Of a stretch of DNA of 64,000 bases, positions 50,518 through 58,707 are shown piece by piece; position 1 is the stretch's first letter; each line of letters begins with the position of its first letter. The notes beneath the pieces were generated by a model, which saw nothing but the letters and a program-made list of their open reading frames with translations, was not told where the DNA came from and searched no databases. The position numbers and the translations under genes are program-made. Origin of the DNA: Candidatus Latescibacterota bacterium. Lineage in GTDB: Bacteria; Latescibacterota; UBA2968; UBA8231. Location: assembly GCA_965203175.1 (NCBI GenBank), contig OZ241867.1, positions 6,048,001 through 6,112,000 of the forward strand, written 5' to 3'.

Positions 50518-53238
50518 ATGAGAATGTCGCACAGTGCTGTCTTATTGACGCTGGGCCTCCTAATCGGCATCGCGGATCAGGCTCGCGCACAAACCTACGG
50601 TAACCGTCTGGGCGTCCAGAGGGGGGGGCGCACCACCTTTGAGCCACAGGGAGCGGGCGTGCTCTTTGACGCTTTGGACCCGGCGGTGCGCCGCTGGTAC
50701 ATCCCGCAGGAACTCTACAACGAGTACCGGTGGCAGCAGTGGGAGTACTCTAACTACGCCCGCCAGCACTACCAGCGCTATGTCGATACCGCCCTTGAAG
50801 GCGACTACTTCTACGACTTCTTCGGCAACTTCGTCGGGCGGGGCTGGCTCATCTACAACAACGACCAACGCCAGCCCCTGCAGAAAGGCAATCAGCTCTT
50901 CAAAGACGATCGCTTCCGTAGCTGGTTCAGCAACGTAGTAATCGCCTCCGACGCCAAGGGCCAGTACCACTATGCACTGACCATTGCCAACGGCCTGCGC
51001 ACCACCCTGACGCCGATGACCTTCTCCAAACCGGATTTTGATGGCGTCCAATTCGACATCGCCACCGATAAGTACATGCTAACCGCCCTTTATTCGCGGC
51101 TGAGCGAGTCGGGCGGTTCTTCGACCTTTGCCGAAGGCATCAACCGCACTAACAACACGTCCTTGATGGGAGGGCGTACCACGGTCCAGATCGGTGACTT
51201 TACCACCTTGGGCTTCACCTTCGTCAACGCCCACCAATCCAACTCCCTCACCGAAGGCTTCGGCGGCAATCCCCTCACCGGGGAACTGACCGTTGACCAG
51301 AAGGCCGAGGCGATCGCTTGGATCGAAGTTCTGCTCAGCGACGACTCACCCGCCGACAGCGAGGGCGGGGCCGCCTTCTTCCCCGCCGGGTCCGACATCG
51401 TCATTACTTACCTCGATGGGACCCAAGTGCGCGGCAAGGAAATAGGTTTCGAGCCGATCATCGAAGGTGGATTCCCACAAGAGGGCTTCATCTCTGCCGA
51501 CGGCAACGAGCAGATCCGCTTGCGCTACGACTTCAATCGCAGCGACTACCTGCTCACCGCTCCCCAAGACAAGACCCAGATCCGCAAAGTCCAGTTCGAC
51601 TTGGTGTTGGGCAACGACTACAAGGTGCAGGTCACCTCCAACCGCCAAACCGGCCGCAATGAAGACCCCGTCTTCCTGCTAATGGCCCGCGCCGAGGGCA
51701 ACGTCAAGGACAACACCAATCTCAGAGTGGTCTCCTTTGAATACGGCCTACCGACTGCCACTTCGATTTTTGGTTTCACCGCCGAATTCAACGACATCAA
51801 GGGGTTCAATTTCTACGGCGAATTCGACAACAGTCGGGTTTACCGCAAGTACCCCTATCCGAGCAACGACCAAGGTAACACCGACCACAACACCTCGTCG
51901 GGCACATCCAACAAGCCCTCAGCCAATGCTTGGATGGCCAATCTGTCGAAGGTGGACTATCCCTTTTTCTTGTTTGGCGAGGTCTTCTACATGGATCCGG
52001 ACTACGCCACCACCGTGTACGTCGCCGAACAGGACGGGTTTATCGATTATTCCTCTGGCTATTTTGAAAACGGCGCTCCAGGCAATATCGAACGCTTCTT
52101 GGTCGACTTCGTCGAGGACAATGACGACCAGGACCGGATCCCCGATTGGGGCCGCAACGACGCATTGGTCACCGACCCAGCAGTCTTCCCCGGCTGGGAC
52201 GAGAACAACGACTTCATCCCCGATTACAACCAAAACGACAACGGCCGGGTGATCAACCTGATCCCCGACTACGAAGAGCCCTTCCTGCGGCAGCACGTCG
52301 AACGACCGGAGTTCCTCTACGGCATTGACGCCAACAACAACACTTGGGTCGATCGCTTTGAAAACGACAACCGCCCCGACTTCCCCTACCAGCGCGATCA
52401 TCGCGGCTTCAACGTCTATGTCGGCGCTCACCTAGCGCCGCAATTGCGCCTCACTGTGGGGCATCTGCGCGACGAGCTTATCACCTCTGACCAGCGCAAC
52501 TACACCTCCTATGCCATGTTGACTCTGGATATCGATCACGCCCGTTGGGGTCGTCTGCGGGTCATGGAAATGACTAAGAGCATCAAGGACGACATTGTCG
52601 ACGACCTCCTCCAGTGGAATAACCGCAATACCTTGCGCGACGACCGCAATGTCGAAGTTATTGATCCGATGCTTGGGCGCGATACCTGGTACAACGGTTT
52701 CTTCATCGGCCATACCTATACGCCCATCGCCAACCTGACCATCAAAAACTTGCTCAAATACGACCTCTGGCATCAGCGTCTCGATGACGCTGCACGAGCT
52801 TCCTTTGGCCTCGATCCCAACGAGTTCTTCTTCGGCTTCGTCAACAAAGCCGAGTACCTCCGCGAAGTCGGCACTCTGCGGCTTATGCCGCGCTGGAAGA
52901 GCGAGTTCCGGCGCCAGACCTACGACCTATTCTCGCGCCTAGGGCGCAAGGAACTGACCGAGATTTTCGGTCTCATTGCCGAGGTGCCCTTCCTCCGCAG
53001 CACCACTTTTGCTAGCGGCGTTGAATACGTGCTCTTTCGCGATTTGGACGACGACATCAACAATTTTCAGTCCTTTATCTCAGCTACCCAGATTTCCAAC
53101 GTGGCCGAGTACCAAGGATACGTGCTGACGACCCAAGTGGGTATGAAATTCGACGTGCGCGACTTCCAAGACCCAGGGCTGAAGACTCGGACCATCACCG
53201 AAGGCTTTATCACGGTTTACGCCGGTCTGGGCATTTGA
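50518..53238 (+). CDS. Large secreted, probable outer-membrane beta-barrel protein of unknown family
   Basis: Signal peptide (ARA-Q), aromatic-rich amphipathic strands, a D/N-rich DxNxD cluster and terminal strand FITVYAGLGI. Confidence 0.75.
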   Translation: MRMSHSAVLLTLGLLIGIADQARAQTYGNRLGVQRGGRTTFEPQGAGVLFDALDPAVRRWYIPQELYNEYRWQQWEYSNYARQHYQRYVDTALEGDYFYDFFGNFVGRGWLIYNNDQRQPLQKGNQLFKDDRFRSWFSNVVIASDAKGQYHYALTIANGLRTTLTPMTFSKPDFDGVQFDIATDKYMLTALYSRLSESGGSSTFAEGINRTNNTSLMGGRTTVQIGDFTTLGFTFVNAHQSNSLTEGFGGNPLTGELTVDQKAEAIAWIEVLLSDDSPADSEGGAAFFPAGSDIVITYLDGTQVRGKEIGFEPIIEGGFPQEGFISADGNEQIRLRYDFNRSDYLLTAPQDKTQIRKVQFDLVLGNDYKVQVTSNRQTGRNEDPVFLLMARAEGNVKDNTNLRVVSFEYGLPTATSIFGFTAEFNDIKGFNFYGEFDNSRVYRKYPYPSNDQGNTDHNTSSGTSNKPSANAWMANLSKVDYPFFLFGEVFYMDPDYATTVYVAEQDGFIDYSSGYFENGAPGNIERFLVDFVEDNDDQDRIPDWGRNDALVTDPAVFPGWDENNDFIPDYNQNDNGRVINLIPDYEEPFLRQHVERPEFLYGIDANNNTWVDRFENDNRPDFPYQRDHRGFNVYVGAHLAPQLRLTVGHLRDELITSDQRNYTSYAMLTLDIDHARWGRLRVMEMTKSIKDDIVDDLLQWNNRNTLRDDRNVEVIDPMLGRDTWYNGFFIGHTYTPIANLTIKNLLKYDLWHQRLDDAARASFGLDPNEFFFGFVNKAEYLREVGTLRLMPRWKSEFRRQTYDLFSRLGRKELTEIFGLIAEVPFLRSTTFASGVEYVLFRDLDDDINNFQSFISATQISNVAEYQGYVLTTQVGMKFDVRDFQDPGLKTRTITEGFITVYAGLGI

Positions 53239-55491
53239 TTGAGTGCGATGGGGAGATCGGGCTGGCTGGTCGGGGGGTTGCTCTGGCTCGCGGCGTTGGG
53301 GGTGCGCTTCCTCTACATAGAGCAAAGCCAGACAAGCCCCTTTTTTGACTATCCACTGGTCGATGCAAAAACCTACACGGACGCCGCTGAACGCATGGGG
53401 GTGCAAGGGCACTGGGACGGCGGGAACGCCCCCTTCTGGCAACCGCCGCTCTATCCTTACCTCCTAGGGTTTCTCTATGCGCTATTCACTCCTAGCTACT
53501 ACTTGCCCCGCCTCGTCCAAGCTGCTATTAGCGCCTGCAACTGCGTCCTGCTTTACTTGCTCGGACGCCGCCTGTTTTCTCCTAGCCTAGGGCTTGCGGC
53601 AGCCATTGCAGCAGCACTTTACGGCCCCTTGGTCTTCTTCGCAGGTGAATTCCTACCACCTCCCCTAGCCCTTTTCTTTGATCTGCTACTCTTGCTGACC
53701 CTGCCTTGGGCCATGGCCGGTCGTCCGCGTCGGCTTCTAGTCCCCGGCTTCTGTCTGGGCTTGGCTGCCCTTGCCGTGGCCAACATCCTGCTCTTTCTGC
53801 CCGCGGCCTTGCTCTGGGTGATTGTCGTGCGCCGTGCGTTGCCGTGGCCGCGGCGCTTGCTAAACGCTCTACCCTTGCTGCTAGGGGCCTCGTTGGTCAT
53901 CGCTCCCATCACTCTGCGCAATTACCTGATAGGCGACGACTTGGTGCTGATTTCCTCCAACGGGGGAATCAATTTCTACCTAGGGAACAACGCCAACTAC
54001 GAGGAGACAATCCGCATCCCACCCGGTCCAGCGTGGCGCGCCTTGGTCAGCCAACCCCGAACCGAAGCTGGGCTTACCCGGGCCTCGGACCAATCAGACT
54101 ATTTCTTCGCCCGAGCTTGGGACTTTATCAGCACAGAGCCAAGTGCTTGGCTTCTGCTCCTGCTGCGCAAGACCTATCTCTTCTGGCACGGCGATGAGAT
54201 AGGCCGCAACCAAGACCTCTACTACGCTCGCAACTTCTCCCCCTTACTATCGCTGCTATTGTGGAAGGGAATCATTGCCTTTCCCTTTGGGATCGTGGCA
54301 CCACTGGCCTTGCTCGGCATGGGGCTGGTGTGCTACAATCGGGGGCAACGCCGTGCGGAAATGGACCTTCTACTCCTCTACATAGTCGTCTACGCACTAT
54401 CCGTCATCGTATTTTTTCCGACCGCGCGCTACCGCCTGCCGATCGTACCACCCCTGCTACTTTTTGCCGCCTATGCCGTCAGCACTCTCTATTATCTTGG
54501 ACGCGAACGCGCCGGTGTGAAACTGGCTTGGGCCGGGGGCGCACTCACAGCCCTTTTAGTGGCTTGTAACTTCCGCGTCGGCCCGATGAACATGGCCGGT
54601 GACGCCGAAACCTTGCATCGGCTGGGCTTTGTCTATCAGCAAAAGGGCTTGCCGGCCAATGCTATCGCCGCCTATGAGCAAGCTCTCACTCTCGACCCAG
54701 AAATCCGCGAGGCCCGCTTCAACCTCGGGGCCTTGTACGCACGGCGGGGCCGCTACGACCGAGCCATCGCAGCCTACCAAGATTTTGTCGGCCGCTATCC
54801 GGACTATCCCGAAGCCCGCTATGCCTTGGGCAATGCCCTCTTGCACGCCGGTCGCTACGCGGAAGCGATCGTCCAATACGAAAAACTGCTCGACGCGGAT
54901 GCGGCACCAGAGCGAAAAGCAGTACAGGAGCGGCTGGCCTACGCCCATATCCAACTCGACCAGCTCGACGCGGCTGCCACCCTCTATCGCGACCTCGTCG
55001 TCCAAGCACCCGACTCGTTGCGCTTCCGCTACCAGTTGGGTCAGTTAACAGAAGCCTTGGGTCAGCAGGGCCTAGCTCGACGCGAGTACGCGGAGATCCT
55101 ACGGCGCGACTCCACCCACGTCGATGCTGGGCTCCGTCTAGCCCACCTGCTCTTGGCCACCGATGAGTCCACCGCAGCCGAGATCCAACTCAAACGCTTG
55201 GTCGCTGCCCATCCCCATTTGGTCCCCCCCCGCTGGCTTTTGGCCACCCACTACGCGGCTCAACACGAAGGCACCAAGGCCCTAGCGCAGGCGCAAGCCA
55301 TCCTCGAGATACAACCCGGACACGTGCAGGCCAACCGAATGGTCGGTCACCTGCAGGTCATCCAAGGCGACACGTTGGCAGGAGTAAAAAATCTAGATCG
55401 CTTCAAGAAGTACTACGTCAAAGAGCGCCAGCAAGCGATCCTCGAGGCGCTCAAGGACCAATGGCGTCAACAGCTCAAAGGAATGTTTTGA
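53239..55491 (+). CDS. ArnT/PMT-like (GT-C) glycosyltransferase with C-terminal TPRs
   Basis: DAKTY, PPLYPY, GINFYLGNN and RYRLP motifs, many TMs and a TPR tail. Confidence 0.85.
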   Translation: MSAMGRSGWLVGGLLWLAALGVRFLYIEQSQTSPFFDYPLVDAKTYTDAAERMGVQGHWDGGNAPFWQPPLYPYLLGFLYALFTPSYYLPRLVQAAISACNCVLLYLLGRRLFSPSLGLAAAIAAALYGPLVFFAGEFLPPPLALFFDLLLLLTLPWAMAGRPRRLLVPGFCLGLAALAVANILLFLPAALLWVIVVRRALPWPRRLLNALPLLLGASLVIAPITLRNYLIGDDLVLISSNGGINFYLGNNANYEETIRIPPGPAWRALVSQPRTEAGLTRASDQSDYFFARAWDFISTEPSAWLLLLLRKTYLFWHGDEIGRNQDLYYARNFSPLLSLLLWKGIIAFPFGIVAPLALLGMGLVCYNRGQRRAEMDLLLLYIVVYALSVIVFFPTARYRLPIVPPLLLFAAYAVSTLYYLGRERAGVKLAWAGGALTALLVACNFRVGPMNMAGDAETLHRLGFVYQQKGLPANAIAAYEQALTLDPEIREARFNLGALYARRGRYDRAIAAYQDFVGRYPDYPEARYALGNALLHAGRYAEAIVQYEKLLDADAAPERKAVQERLAYAHIQLDQLDAAATLYRDLVVQAPDSLRFRYQLGQLTEALGQQGLARREYAEILRRDSTHVDAGLRLAHLLLATDESTAAEIQLKRLVAAHPHLVPPRWLLATHYAAQHEGTKALAQAQAILEIQPGHVQANRMVGHLQVIQGDTLAGVKNLDRFKKYYVKERQQAILEALKDQWRQQLKGMF

Positions 55492-55495
55492 CGAC

Positions 55496-58474
55496 TTAGT
55501 AGGCCACCGCTACCGGTACCGCCCGCCGATTGGCCTTTGAATCCCCTTTGACTTCTATGTAAATCAGATAAATCCCCGGCGGCACCACCGCACCTCCTTG
55601 GACGTGCCCGTCCCAAGAGAGCTCAGGTCGAGAGGTTCGGTCGTAGCGTCCACTTAGGTCGGCACCCTCGTAAATCGTATGCACCAAGTGCCCGCTCAGG
55701 TCAAAGACTTGTATCTGTACCTTGGCTGCGCGCGTCACGGCCACTATGTCATAGCGCAGCTCTAGCTGATCGTTGATTCCATCCCCGTTGGGCGTGAAGG
55801 GGTTAGGCTCCAAGGCGAAAGAGCCGACTAGGCTGCCCTCGGTAATGCCCGGACTCAGCACCGTGATGCCCGAAGCCGTCGGCAAGTCTCCCTCGCCCAA
55901 CAATGCGGCGTTCCCCGGTGTGATCCGCTGGATGCTTCCGGGCTGAGAGGAGAGAATGGCTTGGCCGCGGAACAGCGTGCTATAGAGCAGTACCTGCCCG
56001 CGGAAGTAGATTTTCAGCAGTCGTTCGCTCCCACCCGCGGCCGGCTCAATCTGGGGAAAACGGACGATAAAATTGCGATCCGTTATGGTTTGGATGGCAA
56101 AGGTGTCTCCCACTGCTGAGACCGTCGAATAGGGCAACTGCTGCACTTGGCCTTCCCCGGTCCGCACCATCGGTACGCCCTGCTGATCGAGGATCACATC
56201 GGCGTTTAAATCCTCCTCTAAGATGGTATCCGACCCCTCTGCAATCTCGATCCGGTCAATTCCCAAGACCCGCGTGGGCGTCAGAATTTCAAAGGTGTCG
56301 AATCCCTTGACTCCCTCGATGTTCATCAGTGCCCGTACGGCATAGGTGAAATTCACTGACTCGGAGACCTCTACTTCGCGCGGGTAGATCTCGGCGATCA
56401 AATCGTCGGCGATGGGAGGCCGCAGATACTCGATCGACAATTGCTCGACGAGCTTGGTCGCGTCGATATCGTCGTTGAGAAAGTCAATCGCAAACTGGAT
56501 ATAGCGCCGCGGCCCAGGCGAGATAATCGGGGTTCCACCTTCTCGATCTCCGCGCAAATAGGGTGCCGACCAAGGGCTCCAATTTTCTAAATCTTCCCCG
56601 ATCTCTCCCTTGTCCCATACTCGGGGTGGCACGGCCTCTAAATCGGGCACTAGGCCCAAGTACTCGTCGCGGCCTAGCTGTGCTTCTGGATCTACCAGCG
56701 AGGTGGATCGCTCGTCTTCGCCGATGCGCTGCACGTCTCTGCGGTAGTAGAGCAATGGATTGGGATCGATCCCCGTGCGGGTGCGGACTAAGATCTGCGA
56801 TGGCTCGCCGACCGTTGGTTTGGCTGCCACCCGCTTGCCAGCCGTCTGGCCGGGGTAGCGAATGATGTCCCCGGTGGTATTATCGCGGCACGCTGTCTGA
56901 AAGCACATCCACACCGTGGTATAACCCTGGCCGGGAAGGTAAAGCGAAGCAGTATCGCACTCGCCCCAGTCGTCGGGTACATCCGCCGCCGTGGAAAAAG
57001 TATCGCGTTGGGTCGTGCAGTCTTGGTTCCCCACCTCGTCGAGACCGGCGACTGTGCCACTGCGCAGGTCGATAAGGCGCGTGCGCCAGCTAATGTTGCC
57101 CCAAGTGGCCACCCCTCCCAGATCGTACACGTGGGAGACGTAGCGGCTACTGCCGATAAAACCCTGTCCATATACTTCTAATTCGTCGATCTCATAGGGG
57201 AAAGACGAGGTGGATTTGATGCGCACGAAACGCACTGGACGGGCAGGCTGTACTTGCACATCTACTACTTGGTCTTCGTTTCCGGTACTGCGCAGCAAAA
57301 TTTTGAAGTCCTCGAGCTGCGGGACCAGCCGGCCCGTGCCGTCCAGGACCAAGTCTTGGCCATCGTGGAGCAGCAGTTCAAACTGGCGGATAAAATCGTT
57401 CTGGAAGGGATACTGAGGCGCGTTCTGCACGGTGTTGCGCGGATAAAAGCGGATGCGATTGACCCCAATCGGACTGCCCAAATCCAGCACGATAAAGGTC
57501 CCTAATGCGCCGAAAATCCCCTTGCGCGAGAAGGCATCTTCAGCTCCTTCAGGCGCGATCAGTTCCAGCAAGGTCGCCTCCAAGTCGGCTGCTGCCACAT
57601 CCTTGATTGCTGGTGCGGTGATCCGCCCACCCCACCCCAGTGCCCGCTGAGCCACGTTCTCTCCCCGGGCCACGTGGTCCGGGCTTAGTCCCACTGGCAG
57701 TACCACCGGGTCGGCACCTCCAGGCAGCTTCAGCCCCTGCTGGATCGCACGCCGGGCGACCAGCTTGCCCCCTCCCGCCTGTAGCCTGCCCGGCCTACTC
57801 GTCTGGTCGCCAGTAGTCAGGTTGCGACAGATCGTCTGGTAACAATCGGCCCGTATGCCGTTTTGGAAAATCGTCTCGCAATCACCCCAATCGTCAGTGA
57901 TATCAGTGGTCGAATCAAAGCGCCGGCTCTCTTCGCGGCACTCCAGATTGGGGTCGTCGGCCTCCGTCTCTCCTTCCGCTTGGCGGACCACCTGCGTCGA
58001 ACGAATTGCGTCAACCGCTGCTTCCACTGTGTTCATTGCCTCATCCAGCGTCACCTCTGGAGCGAAATCCACCAAAATCACCGACAAAAATCCCTGCGCT
58101 GTCGTCCCAATCTGTGTCACTCCCTCCAGTGGCTCGATCTGGTCGAGCAACAACTGCTCAACCAAGGCCAGTTGTCCTGCTAGCAACTCGGGCTCGACAT
58201 CGACCACGGTCTTGACTAAGACACGCGTCGTTACAACCTGTAAATTGCTCAAGTCAATCAGATTGCCCGGCACATTGCCGACCTCAGTAAATTGCCGGTT
58301 TACCTTGTATTCAGGTAGGATCGAAACCAGATCGTCGCGAGTAGTCTCGCCCGTCCAAGAGACGTTCCCGCCGATACCGACCCGCAGGGTATCTAAAGCC
58401 GCCGTCGGCAGGACATATAGCACAGTTGCGAAAGCTGCGAGCAAAATCGAACGAAGATAGGAGGCAAAGTGCAT
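55496..58474 (-). CDS. Large secreted protein with C-terminal CHU_C/FlgD-Ig-like tail (paralog B)
   Basis: Likely start MHFASY (58474), DLG..IGVNRIRFYPR, RTRTG, WSPWSAPY, SPGPRRY, EIYP and PNPFTPNGDGIND; ends VAY. Confidence 0.85.
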   Translation of the reverse strand: MHFASYLRSILLAAFATVLYVLPTAALDTLRVGIGGNVSWTGETTRDDLVSILPEYKVNRQFTEVGNVPGNLIDLSNLQVVTTRVLVKTVVDVEPELLAGQLALVEQLLLDQIEPLEGVTQIGTTAQGFLSVILVDFAPEVTLDEAMNTVEAAVDAIRSTQVVRQAEGETEADDPNLECREESRRFDSTTDITDDWGDCETIFQNGIRADCYQTICRNLTTGDQTSRPGRLQAGGGKLVARRAIQQGLKLPGGADPVVLPVGLSPDHVARGENVAQRALGWGGRITAPAIKDVAAADLEATLLELIAPEGAEDAFSRKGIFGALGTFIVLDLGSPIGVNRIRFYPRNTVQNAPQYPFQNDFIRQFELLLHDGQDLVLDGTGRLVPQLEDFKILLRSTGNEDQVVDVQVQPARPVRFVRIKSTSSFPYEIDELEVYGQGFIGSSRYVSHVYDLGGVATWGNISWRTRLIDLRSGTVAGLDEVGNQDCTTQRDTFSTAADVPDDWGECDTASLYLPGQGYTTVWMCFQTACRDNTTGDIIRYPGQTAGKRVAAKPTVGEPSQILVRTRTGIDPNPLLYYRRDVQRIGEDERSTSLVDPEAQLGRDEYLGLVPDLEAVPPRVWDKGEIGEDLENWSPWSAPYLRGDREGGTPIISPGPRRYIQFAIDFLNDDIDATKLVEQLSIEYLRPPIADDLIAEIYPREVEVSESVNFTYAVRALMNIEGVKGFDTFEILTPTRVLGIDRIEIAEGSDTILEEDLNADVILDQQGVPMVRTGEGQVQQLPYSTVSAVGDTFAIQTITDRNFIVRFPQIEPAAGGSERLLKIYFRGQVLLYSTLFRGQAILSSQPGSIQRITPGNAALLGEGDLPTASGITVLSPGITEGSLVGSFALEPNPFTPNGDGINDQLELRYDIVAVTRAAKVQIQVFDLSGHLVHTIYEGADLSGRYDRTSRPELSWDGHVQGGAVVPPGIYLIYIEVKGDSKANRRAVPVAVAY

Positions 58475-58630
58475 GTAGTGTTCACCCGGTTTGCATAGCG
58501 CACATGAGCTAAGGTGCTCCTGTAATGTAAGAAAAATCAGACGGCACATTTATATAATTTTGCTCTCGCTGCCAATCTGCTAGCTCGACCTCGTCTCTGC
58601 AGCAACCCTCGTGCCCACTGGCCTAATTTA

Positions 58631-58659
58631 TTGACAGTCCCCTAGGAGGGGGATATTCT
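58631..58659 (+). promoter_or_regulatory. Sigma70-type promoter
   Basis: TTGACA-N17-TATTCT about 50 nt upstream of CDS 58708. The spacer is semi-palindromic (TCCCCT-AGG-AGGGGGA). Confidence 0.65.
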
Positions 58660-58707
58660 ATCCCATTCAGCAGATGTAGCTAACGGCCCGTCTTTTATAG
58701 AGGGAAT

